A DNA stretch of 64,000 nucleotides from contig JANWXY010000067.1 of NCBI GenBank assembly GCA_025057135.1, positions 12,867-76,866 of the forward strand. Reading direction: 5' to 3'. The stretch is from Bacteroidia bacterium (GTDB taxonomy: Bacteria > Bacteroidota > Bacteroidia > SpSt-205). The translations under genes were made by a program, and so were the position numbers. The notes under the pieces are model-generated. The model searched no databases. It was given only the letters and a program-made list of their open reading frames with translations, and was not told the DNA's origin. Of the stretch, positions 26,413-34,769 are shown piece after piece; positions within the stretch are counted from its first letter, which is position 1, and every line of letters starts with the position of its first letter.

Positions 26413-27441
26413 TCACAAACGCCCCCCCCCAGAAGTAGGGAATCTCTGTGCGATTATGGTTTCTACAAGCTCTATTACCTGGGTAGGTCGTATCCGTGCC
26501 AGACAGTGGCAGTTGGCAAACTCACACTTAGCGCACATGACATTCTGGCTAAGTACGCTTGTCAGAGGGCTCAAAGGGCGCCAGCGCCAAGGCCCCATCG
26601 CTGCTGTAGCTGGATACAGCCCGATGGCAGGGGTACTTACCGCCGCTGCTATATGCAAGGGGCCCGTACTACCTGCTATCACCAGAGCTGCGCGCGCTAT
26701 GAGACTAATCAGCTCATCCAGAGATAGCTTGCCCGCTGTATCTATATAGGAATCTCTCGAAACGCCCCTGACCACCCCTTCTATAAGGGACTTTTCTCTA
26801 TCATTACCTGTAAAAATAAGCACTGCTCTGGGGAAGCGCTCTATAAGTAGCTGAGCCAAGGATTGCCAGTGAGGCCACAAAGGAGCGCCCCCCCCTGAGC
26901 CAATATGCAAAACCACGCTGGGCCTGTCCGAAGACGCTAAATGCGTAAGGAAAGAAGGGAATAACGCAGCAGTCCTAAGTCGCGCTCTATAAGGCAGTAG
27001 CTGCTCCCAGCTCATATCTAAAACCGCAGAACGAAGCTCCGCCGGAAGAAGCGGGGCTAAAAGAGCAAGGTTGAGTGCGGCTTCATGCCTACCACTGAAT
27101 CGCCGACTTATGGATGGTCTATGCGTGCACGTGAGCCAGTGGTACCAGCGCCTACGCGTACCGACTCTCACGGGAATGCCTGCACGCAGCGCCGCCCATG
27201 CGATACTGCTCCTGGGAAAGGCATGTATGATAGCATCATACCCTTTTAGCGAGACACCTTTTGACCACACAATATACTGAAAAGGCGGATCATGTCGAGC
27301 TACCAGAGGGGCTGCATAAGAACTGACCAGAAAAATCGGCTCTATTTCAGGTAAGTGTTTTTGTATAAAGTTTCCCATTGGCAGCGTAAGGAGTAGATCG
27401 CCTAATCTATCCGTTCGGCTTATCAACCAGTGCAGCTTCAC
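26413..27441 (-). CDS. Glycosyltransferase family 9 (ADP-heptose:LPS heptosyltransferase-like)
   Basis: The N-terminal GT9 motif is WLISRTDRLGDLLLTLP. The C-terminal GT9 motifs are LHIGSGGGAPLWP and AGSTGPLHIAAAVSTPAIGLY. The track ORF extends to 27720 and would overlap coaD. A GTG at 27441 (or the ATG at 27528) is the likelier start. A G9 homopolymer sits 5 codons before the stop. Confidence 0.75.
   Translation of the reverse strand: MKLHWLISRTDRLGDLLLTLPMGNFIQKHLPEIEPIFLVSSYAAPLVARHDPPFQYIVWSKGVSLKGYDAIIHAFPRSSIAWAALRAGIPVRVGTRRRWYHWLTCTHRPSISRRFSGRHEAALNLALLAPLLPAELRSAVLDMSWEQLLPYRARLRTAALFPSFLTHLASSDRPSVVLHIGSGGGAPLWPHWQSLAQLLIERFPRAVLIFTGNDREKSLIEGVVRGVSRDSYIDTAGKLSLDELISLIARAALVIAGSTGPLHIAAAVSTPAIGLYPATAAMGPWRWRPLSPLTSVLSQNVMCAKCEFANCHCLARIRPTQVIELVETIIAQRFPTSGGGRL
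26422..26430. repeat. Homopolymeric C9 (G9 on coding strand) tract inside the 3' end of the GT9 gene
   Basis: Nine consecutive C on the plus strand (gCCCCCCCCCa). On the minus strand they encode the GGG in ...FPTSGGGRL*, 5 codons before the stop. Confidence 0.9.
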
Positions 27442-27477
27442 CCTGTGAAGGTAGCGGAATTGACCTACCTTCGTCCT

Positions 27478-27978
27478 GTGAAGCGTGCCTTGTTCCCTGG
27501 AAGTTTTGACCCGATTACGAATGGACATATAGAGATCATTCGGCGGGGACTCACTCTTTTTGACGAAATCGTCGTAGGTATCGGGCTCAATACCAGCAAA
27601 CAGCCCATGTTTCCCCCAGCCCAGCGCTTGAAATGGATACAAGAAGTCTTCCAAAACGAACCGCGCGTCCAGGTGACTACCTACACAGGACTGACGGTAC
27701 GCTTTGCACGGGAGATTCAAGCAAGATTTATCCTACGTGGGCTTCGCTCCGCTCCAGATTATGAATATGAGCGAAATATTGACTTGCTCAACAAGTATCT
27801 GGACGAAAGCATAGAGACTTTCTATCTATTGAGTAGTCCTGAAACTTCGTTCGTGTCGTCCACGCTGGTTCGGGAGGTGATAAAGTTTCACGGACACTTA
27901 GAGGGGCTACTCCCGCCCCACATCATCGCCGATATTTATGCAACCTATCCTGAAAGCAGACCAGTAGGTAGTAAATAA
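27478..27978 (+). CDS. coaD: Phosphopantetheine adenylyltransferase
   Basis: ALFPGSFDPITNGHIEIIRRG is the canonical CoaD N-terminus (T/HxGH nucleotidyltransferase motif). The likely start is the GTG at 27478, since the upstream ATG at 27430 adds a non-conserved extension. As in E. coli (waaA-coaD), it is associated with LPS core genes. Confidence 0.85.
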   Translation: MKRALFPGSFDPITNGHIEIIRRGLTLFDEIVVGIGLNTSKQPMFPPAQRLKWIQEVFQNEPRVQVTTYTGLTVRFAREIQARFILRGLRSAPDYEYERNIDLLNKYLDESIETFYLLSSPETSFVSSTLVREVIKFHGHLEGLLPPHIIADIYATYPESRPVGSK

Positions 27979-27980
27979 TC

Positions 27981-28733
27981 ATGCCTCGGCTTTCTATCAT
28001 TACTGTAACCTATCAGGCCGCTCAAGTATTGCCCATCACCCTGAGGAGCGTAAAAATCCAAAGCTGGCGCGATTGGGAGCACATTTTCGTGGATGGAAAC
28101 TCCACAGATGAAACCTTGACGCTAATCAGAGAATATGAGCGTACGGTCCCCCTCGTGCGCTGGATAAGTGAGAAGGACCGCGGAATCTATGATGCCATGA
28201 ATAAGGGCCTCAGACTCGCGACAGGGGAATATGTAACCTTTCTCAACGCTGGCGATGCATTCTGGGAAAGCGACACCTTAGAAAAACTTTTTGAGAATGC
28301 CCCCACAGGCGCCCAAGTACTTTACGGTGATCACAGGTATGTCGATCTCCATGGTCAGCTTCTCCCCCGTCGCCGTCCCAGGCCTTACCCCAGCGGAGAG
28401 CTGAAACTGGCACACTTTCGCACAGGAATGGCCATAGCTCATCAAGGACTCTTTGTGAAAAGAGAAATAGCCCCTGAATATGACCTAAGCTATCCGCTGG
28501 CCGCGGACTTAGACTGGGCTATTCGCCTCATGAAACGCAAGCCTTCTACCTATGACAGCGGTCAAATCTTGATTCGTTATTTAGAGGGCGGGGTATCCGC
28601 TCGCCGTCTGCGACGATACATTCAAGAGCGAACGCGCATTCTGTATAAGCACTTTGGCTGGAGTGCAGTCCTGGAAAGCTTTTATGCCATGATGCGGCAT
28701 AAACTGCGCGGAGGCTACCCCTTCGTAGAATGA
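27981..28733 (+). CDS. Glycosyltransferase family 2
   Basis: The N-terminus LSIITVTYQAAQVLPITLRSVKIQSWRDWEHIFVDGNSTDET is a GT2 signature. A DxD-like motif lies in FLNAGDAF. Confidence 0.8.
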   Translation: MPRLSIITVTYQAAQVLPITLRSVKIQSWRDWEHIFVDGNSTDETLTLIREYERTVPLVRWISEKDRGIYDAMNKGLRLATGEYVTFLNAGDAFWESDTLEKLFENAPTGAQVLYGDHRYVDLHGQLLPRRRPRPYPSGELKLAHFRTGMAIAHQGLFVKREIAPEYDLSYPLAADLDWAIRLMKRKPSTYDSGQILIRYLEGGVSARRLRRYIQERTRILYKHFGWSAVLESFYAMMRHKLRGGYPFVE

Positions 28734-30142
28734 AGCCTTTTCAGCGAGATTTAGGCATAGTCCTTTTAGCCAACCTGATTTCTAAACCCCTTTGGCTGAT
28801 CGTTGATAACTTGGCTCAGAATCAAATCGGTCATGAAGCGTACGGGCTAATCGGGGCTCTGCTGGGCATCGGGCAGTGGGCCATCGCCATCGCAGACTGG
28901 GGACTATATGCTATGGTTACGCGAGAAATGGCTCGTGGTATAGAGCATTATCCCCGACTAAGCGGCATAACCTTCATACTCAAGCTCATACTGACGATAA
29001 TAGCTGGCATTTTTTTCATCGGGCTGGGCTGGATATTAGGGTATAGGGAAAAGGCTTTCCTATGGCTGATAGCACTCATATTGTACCAGTTAGCGCTGAG
29101 CTATCTCCAGTATTTCAGAGCCTATCTCCAGGGAGCTCAGCGGTTCCGGGTAGATGCGTTTTTTTCCGCAGCGGAAAAGGTTTTTGTCCTCCTGCTTTTG
29201 GGGGCAAGCTGGAACATACTTAGCGGAGACTTATATGTAGGGATTTTAGTTATTGCCGGGGGTGTAACTGCTGTACTTTCCGGCCTAGTAATCTGGCGAG
29301 AATACGGTCTGCCTACTTTCGTCTCCGACCGTTCTGACTTATGGAAAGCCTTTAGACAAATGACCCCTTTTGCCCTCATGGGATATGCCACCGCCTTCAA
29401 TGAACGGCTCAATCAAATCCTTTTGGAGCGATGGGTGAGCCCTTATGCAAATGGATTATACTGGGGGGCATATCGGTGGTTTTCGGCGGCGATGATGTAT
29501 CTGTGGATAGTTTTACCTTTATTTTTTGCCCGTTTCGCTAAGCTCGGACGCCAACGCAGCCCCGAGCTTTGGAAAACTTTTGTATGGGGACAGTTGGTAA
29601 GCAGCTTACCTATCATAGGTATAGCTGGGGTATTCCTTGGCGCCCCCAAGGTATTTCTCTGGCTTTTTACCCATAGCAGTCCCAGCGAGATCACCCAAAT
29701 GAGCCATATTCTACAGGCGCTGGCTTTTGCTCTCATCCTAAACGGACTAACAGCAATTTACAGCACTTACCTCACAGCGGTTGGGTACGAGTGGGTGGCT
29801 TTCTGGCTTATGGTAGGCGCCAGCACCATAAACTTCATCGCATGTCTATTTCTAATACCCACCGGGGCTGGCGTGGGGGCAGGGATCGGATTGGGGATTA
29901 GTTATCTATTTTATGGAGCTGGATTCATATGGACTTTCAAAAAGGTCGCTCCTATACCTACGCCATTATCGGTTCTTGTGCGTCTGGTACTACTTTCAAT
30001 CTTGTATGGAGCTACGCTTTTCATGATTGGACAGTTCAGCGAAGAGGTAATAACCCTCCTCTCTGCGGGCATCAGCCTGATATTTTGGAGCTGGGTTTTA
30101 GGCATCTTCAAGCAGTGGAAATATGCGAGTCGCCATAGATAG
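28730..30142 (+). CDS. Polysaccharide biosynthesis protein / Wzx-like oligosaccharide flippase (MOP superfamily)
   Basis: 470 aa with about 12-14 TM helices. Its position between GT genes and the ATGA overlap with the upstream GT2 also fit this call. Confidence 0.7.
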   Translation: MKPFQRDLGIVLLANLISKPLWLIVDNLAQNQIGHEAYGLIGALLGIGQWAIAIADWGLYAMVTREMARGIEHYPRLSGITFILKLILTIIAGIFFIGLGWILGYREKAFLWLIALILYQLALSYLQYFRAYLQGAQRFRVDAFFSAAEKVFVLLLLGASWNILSGDLYVGILVIAGGVTAVLSGLVIWREYGLPTFVSDRSDLWKAFRQMTPFALMGYATAFNERLNQILLERWVSPYANGLYWGAYRWFSAAMMYLWIVLPLFFARFAKLGRQRSPELWKTFVWGQLVSSLPIIGIAGVFLGAPKVFLWLFTHSSPSEITQMSHILQALAFALILNGLTAIYSTYLTAVGYEWVAFWLMVGASTINFIACLFLIPTGAGVGAGIGLGISYLFYGAGFIWTFKKVAPIPTPLSVLVRLVLLSILYGATLFMIGQFSEEVITLLSAGISLIFWSWVLGIFKQWKYASRHR

Positions 30143-31259
30143 CCGCTTTCTACTGCCGCATTTAGAAGGCTTTGGACGCTTCACTCGCGAAATAGCCTCT
30201 CGGCTCATCCAGCAGTACCCCGAGGTCTCTTGGGAGCTTCTTTTTGATAGGCCCCCCCTGCCTAAATATACTTTTGGACCTACACAGCGAAACGTAGTCA
30301 TTCCTCCACAAACACGACACTGGACTTTATACGAAATATGGTGGCACCTTTCGGTACCTTTTTTCTATCTGAGGAAAGGCGCGCCTTCTGCGCTCTTCGC
30401 TACATACGGCATAGTCTCCAAAAAAGTCGCAGAGAAGGTCCCGACCGTTGCCTTCATACATGATGTGGCTTTTGCGCGCCATCCAGAGTTTCTCCCGAGA
30501 GATTGGCAGGCATACTATATGAGAGCCACTCGGCTATCGACTCGCTTTGCTCAACGCCTCATCACTAATAGCCTCTCTGTACAGCACGATTTGGTAGAAC
30601 TTTTTGGTGTCAACCCCGAAAAAATTCAGGTAAGCTACAGCGGATGTGATACAGAGTTCTTTCACCCCATGCCCAACCTGGATAGGGAAGCTATTCGCCG
30701 CGCTCATGCTCAGGGCTATCCCTATATTCTATATGTCGGAAGCATACACCCTCGTAAGAATCCCGAAAGGCTATTGCTGGCATACGACAAACTGCGAGAA
30801 AAGTACGATGCCCCCCTCCGTCTCCTGATGGTGGGGCGATTTATGTTCAAAGAGCGGACGGCGCTTAGCTCCCTTGCCAGGATGAGACATCGTGAGGAGG
30901 TTATTTTTCATCCACCTGTTTCAGATGAAGTTCTTCTACGGATGTACAACGCTGCTGAAGCTGTCGTGTATCCCTCGCTATATGAAGGATTCGGTTCGCC
31001 AGTAGCAGAAGGGCTGGCTTGCGGCGTTCCCGTGGTGACCAGTAGGGTGAGTTCTCTGCCTGAGACTGGCGGAGAGGCGGCATTTTATGCTGATCCTTAT
31101 GACCCTGTGTCTATTGCAGAAGCGATTTATCAGGCTCTCACTCAATCAGCTGACGAAAGGCGCCGCCGTGCCCTCCTTGGACTTGAACATGTGAAGCGCT
31201 TCTCCTGGAACGCCACAGTCCAGACCATATGGGAAAATCTCAAAGCCATTGCTGTCTAA
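30123..31259 (+). CDS. Glycosyltransferase family 1 (GT4-type retaining glycosyltransferase)
   Basis: The C-terminal EX7E motif region is YPSLYEGFGSPVAEGLACGVPVVTS. Confidence 0.8.
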   Translation: MRVAIDSRFLLPHLEGFGRFTREIASRLIQQYPEVSWELLFDRPPLPKYTFGPTQRNVVIPPQTRHWTLYEIWWHLSVPFFYLRKGAPSALFATYGIVSKKVAEKVPTVAFIHDVAFARHPEFLPRDWQAYYMRATRLSTRFAQRLITNSLSVQHDLVELFGVNPEKIQVSYSGCDTEFFHPMPNLDREAIRRAHAQGYPYILYVGSIHPRKNPERLLLAYDKLREKYDAPLRLLMVGRFMFKERTALSSLARMRHREEVIFHPPVSDEVLLRMYNAAEAVVYPSLYEGFGSPVAEGLACGVPVVTSRVSSLPETGGEAAFYADPYDPVSIAEAIYQALTQSADERRRRALLGLEHVKRFSWNATVQTIWENLKAIAV

Positions 31260-32463
31260 CTTTGAAGTAGTGAACTGGCAGGAGACATATGAACGCTATA
31301 CGGCGGCTTTACGTGCAGTGCCCCGCCCTTTAGCGCTGGTAGATGAAGAAGCCCTATACGAAAACGCTCAACGCGTTCTTGCTTATGCTGGGAAGCTACC
31401 AGTTCGTATAGCTACAAAATCTATCCGATGCGGCTCTATTCTTCGGCGGCTTTTTTCGTACAGTGAGCGCTTTCAAGGCATGCTCTGCATGAGCGCTCGG
31501 GAGGGCTTGTACTTAGCCCGAGAAGGGTTTGATGACCTATTGATTGGCTACCCTTTCTATCAGCAAGCGGAGTTGAGCGCTTTTCGTTCTTTGTTGGAGG
31601 CAGGGAAAAAAGCCATAGCCATCGTGGACAGTCCAGCTCATGTAGAAGCCTTACAGAAAGCTCTGGAGGGCACGCCCATACGCGCCCAAGTGTGTTTAGA
31701 TGTGGATGTTTCATCGGATTGGAAAGTTCTGTACTTCGGCGTGAGACGCTCTCCTATCAACACTCCCGAGAAAGCCCTGGAGTTGGCTCGGTTTATTCAG
31801 AAGCAGTCTCATTTAGAACTGGTAGGGCTCATGGCTTATGAGGCACAGATTGCGGGCGTCGGCGAACATAAAATGGGCTGGAAAGGACCGATTCTGCGGT
31901 TCTTGAAAGCCCAGTCCTGGAAAGAGGTACAGCGTCGGCGACAGGAGACGATAGAAGCTCTGAAAGCAGCGAACTTTTCTCTCCGCTTAGTAAATGGAGG
32001 GGGCACAGGTAGCCTTAGGGAGACGAGCACGGACCCCTCCGTAACAGAAGTAACGGCAGGTTCGGCTTTTTTTGCGCCAGCTCTATTTGATCATTATGAA
32101 AAAGTTCAGTTTGCTGCGGCGGCAGGCTTCAGTCTGGAGATTGTACGACAGCCTGCAAGAGACATATTCACCTGCCACGGAGGCGGATATATCGCTTCAG
32201 GAGCGGTGGGCTTAGAAAAGCTGCCCCGCCCTTGGCTCCCCCCGTCGGCGCAGTTTCTCCCACACGAAGGCGCAGGGGAAATACAGACCCCCGTACATAT
32301 TCCAGACCCTCCCCCTTTTCTGCGCATAGGAGCGCCATTGTATTTTCGCCACGCCAAAGCTGGGGAGCTGACCCAGAGATTTCCTCAACTTCACATCATC
32401 CGAGGCGAAAAACTCGTGGAACAAGCTTCTACCTACGCCAGCCTTCCCGAGGTCTGGGTATGA
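31249..32463 (+). CDS. Alanine-racemase-fold PLP enzyme (DSD1 / D-serine dehydratase-like / D-threonine-aldolase-like family)
   Basis: The N-terminal TIM-barrel shows a PLP-lysine-like motif (VRIATKSIRCGSILRRL) resembling the Ala racemase N-domain of DSD1-family proteins. 404 aa. It is translationally coupled between GT1 and the LptF/G-like gene. Confidence 0.55.
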   Translation: MLSNFEVVNWQETYERYTAALRAVPRPLALVDEEALYENAQRVLAYAGKLPVRIATKSIRCGSILRRLFSYSERFQGMLCMSAREGLYLAREGFDDLLIGYPFYQQAELSAFRSLLEAGKKAIAIVDSPAHVEALQKALEGTPIRAQVCLDVDVSSDWKVLYFGVRRSPINTPEKALELARFIQKQSHLELVGLMAYEAQIAGVGEHKMGWKGPILRFLKAQSWKEVQRRRQETIEALKAANFSLRLVNGGGTGSLRETSTDPSVTEVTAGSAFFAPALFDHYEKVQFAAAAGFSLEIVRQPARDIFTCHGGGYIASGAVGLEKLPRPWLPPSAQFLPHEGAGEIQTPVHIPDPPPFLRIGAPLYFRHAKAGELTQRFPQLHIIRGEKLVEQASTYASLPEVWV

Positions 32464-33812
32464 AGCGTTTAGATAAGTATGTGCTCCTAAGCTTCTTAGG
32501 TCCCTTCGCTGCGAGCTTTAGTACCACTCTGGTCGTACTCGTGATACAGTTTCTTTCCCGCTATCAGGAAGACATTTTAGGGAAAGGATTTCCCACACTG
32601 GTTCTAATAGAGCTTTTCGGATATGCTTCAGCGTCTCTTGTACTTCTCGCTCTGCCTATGGGGCTGCTCATGGCAGGACTGATGACGATGGGCAACTTTG
32701 GAGAGCGTTTAGAACTGACCGCTTTTCTGAGCGCAGGTGTCCCTTTCGTGCGAGTATTATCTCCATTGCTTCTTGCAGGGGGGGGCGCGCTTTTCTTTTC
32801 GGGCTGGTTATCGTGGTATCTCATTCCTCAGGCGAACTTGAAACTCTACACCCTCCTGTATGACATGGAGCACGCCAAGCCTGCTTTAGCCCTCAAACCC
32901 GGCTTTTTCAATCGCTGGATAGATGGATATGCTATCCGAGTAGGACGGGTAGACAAAGAGCGTGAGCTCTCTGATGTTCTCATTTATGAATATGCCCCCG
33001 ATGGGAGCGTCCAACGAACGATCGCTGCCGGCTCAGGGCAATTTATCATGGATGAGGAATGGCAGCTTTTACGCTTCACGCTTTACAAAGGATGCCAGTA
33101 CGAGACCAATCTGCGCTCCCAACGGCCCCCAGCATGGAGCCGAAGCTGCTTTGATACGCTGGAACTGAGGCTGGATATTTCGGGCTTGGGACTTCACCGC
33201 TCAGATGAGAAGCTATTCGCTGGTCATCAGTATATGTTAGAGATTGGTCAGCTTAGAAAAGCCGTGGATAGCTTAGACAAGCTTTGTCACAGTTTGTCAG
33301 ATGAGATTCACCACTCTCTAAAAAACACCTTTCCTGTGCCAAAGCCGGGGGATTCCCTCCTCCCACCCCAGCTACGAGCCTCATCTTATGCAGAAACCGA
33401 CAATCTCCTCAGGCGTGACAGAAACTTAGCGGAATATTACACTCAGCGCTTTCGGCAGGTGCATGAAAGCTATTGGCGCTATGAGTTAGAGTGGTGGTAT
33501 AAGTTTGCCTATCCTACGGCCACGGTGGTATTTCTGGTTTTAGGGGCTACTTTGGGTGGGGTCATCCGCAAAGGCGGCCTGGGGATGCCCTTGGTCGTAT
33601 CCACTGCTTTATTTATTCTGTTTTACATACTGAATGCTCAGGGGAAAAAACTTGCCAGAGAAGGGGTTTTAGACCCGTGGGTTGGTGCTTTTTTGCCTCT
33701 AATCGTCATAGGTCCTGTGGCGTTATACCTGCTTTTATTAGTTACGACAGAGGCGGAGTGGTTGTATTTAGATTTTTGGCGCAAAAAGTATCGTAGATGG
33801 CGCGCTTCCTAG
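32460..33812 (+). CDS. LptF/LptG-family (YjgP/YjgQ) permease
   Basis: MKRLDKYVLLSFLGPFAASFSTTLVVLVIQFL is the characteristic LptF/G N-terminus. It has 6 TM segments with a large periplasmic loop. The track ORF (32232) extends upstream in another gene's 3' region. The ATG at 32460 overlaps the upstream stop (ATGA). Confidence 0.7.
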   Translation: MKRLDKYVLLSFLGPFAASFSTTLVVLVIQFLSRYQEDILGKGFPTLVLIELFGYASASLVLLALPMGLLMAGLMTMGNFGERLELTAFLSAGVPFVRVLSPLLLAGGGALFFSGWLSWYLIPQANLKLYTLLYDMEHAKPALALKPGFFNRWIDGYAIRVGRVDKERELSDVLIYEYAPDGSVQRTIAAGSGQFIMDEEWQLLRFTLYKGCQYETNLRSQRPPAWSRSCFDTLELRLDISGLGLHRSDEKLFAGHQYMLEIGQLRKAVDSLDKLCHSLSDEIHHSLKNTFPVPKPGDSLLPPQLRASSYAETDNLLRRDRNLAEYYTQRFRQVHESYWRYELEWWYKFAYPTATVVFLVLGATLGGVIRKGGLGMPLVVSTALFILFYILNAQGKKLAREGVLDPWVGAFLPLIVIGPVALYLLLLVTTEAEWLYLDFWRKKYRRWRAS

Positions 33813-34750
33813 TGATACAAACCGCTTTTTTAGGAGATGCAGTACTCACCTTACCCCTCGTGGGCCGATTGCGAATGGCATTTCCCGAAGCGGAGATCCA
33901 CTGGGTTATTCGTAAAGGCATAGAAGAACTGTTTGAGGCTCACCCTTGGAACTTCAAACTCTGGTTATGGGACAAAAGTTGGCGCGGCTGGTGGCAGCTC
34001 TATCGCACTCTCGGCTCTGAGACTTGGGACGCAGTGCTTGTGGTGCAGCGATTTTTCCGTATGGGGTTATTAGGATTGAGCCTCCCAGCCAGGGTTCGTA
34101 TCACTTACGATAAAAATCCCCTTAGTGTATTTTACACTCATCGCATACCTCACACGTTCGGGGCAGGGATTCACGAAGTGAGCAGGGTCTTATCTCTCCT
34201 GAGACCTCTGGGAGTTTCTTTGGATATGCCTTCGCCTCCTTGGCTCTTTCCGCCTGATTCAACGATGTTGAACGAAACATACATTATAGTGTCCCCGACT
34301 TCTCGCTGGCAGACAAAAGAAGCTCCCTTTGAGTACTGGGCAAACTTTCTAAAAACTGTGCCATCCTCTGTAAAGGTTTATCTTACGGGGTTAGAACAAG
34401 ACAGGGCGCGCCTGGACTCTTTAATCGCCTATCACCCCCGAGTAGAAAACTTAGCCGGGCTTCTTTCTCTGAGAGAGCTTTCTTCCTTAGTAAAAGGGGC
34501 TCGGCAGGTTTATGCTGTTGATAGTGCCCTTACGCATATCGCTTCGGCTTTGGGCGTACCGACCACGACGGTATTCTGCTCTACGGTGCCGGAGTTTGGC
34601 TTCGGTCCTTTATCCCCCAATAGTCATATCGTACAGGCTGAGGAGGAGCTACCCTGCCGACCCTGTGGCATACATGGAAAATCGGCCTGTCCGAAAGGTC
34701 ACTTCAGATGTGGCCGAGAACTACCTACGCTGCTTTTCGCAGGGGCATAA
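33797..34750 (+). CDS. Glycosyltransferase family 9 (heptosyltransferase, WaaF/WaaC-like)
   Basis: The N-terminus is MARFLVIQTAFLGDAVLTLPL. The C-terminal motif is VYAVDSALTHIASALGVPTTTVF. Confidence 0.75.
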   Translation: MARFLVIQTAFLGDAVLTLPLVGRLRMAFPEAEIHWVIRKGIEELFEAHPWNFKLWLWDKSWRGWWQLYRTLGSETWDAVLVVQRFFRMGLLGLSLPARVRITYDKNPLSVFYTHRIPHTFGAGIHEVSRVLSLLRPLGVSLDMPSPPWLFPPDSTMLNETYIIVSPTSRWQTKEAPFEYWANFLKTVPSSVKVYLTGLEQDRARLDSLIAYHPRVENLAGLLSLRELSSLVKGARQVYAVDSALTHIASALGVPTTTVFCSTVPEFGFGPLSPNSHIVQAEEELPCRPCGIHGKSACPKGHFRCGRELPTLLFAGA

Positions 34751-34769
34751 ATTTCTTGGCAGAAGGCTT

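Noticed and set aside
32232-32459. Long N-terminal extension of the LptF/G-like ORF (526-aa version)
   Set aside because: The extension lies in an alternative frame of the preceding gene's 3' end and is rich in Arg/Pro/Ser. The canonical MKRLDKYVL start at 32460 follows an ATGA overlap.
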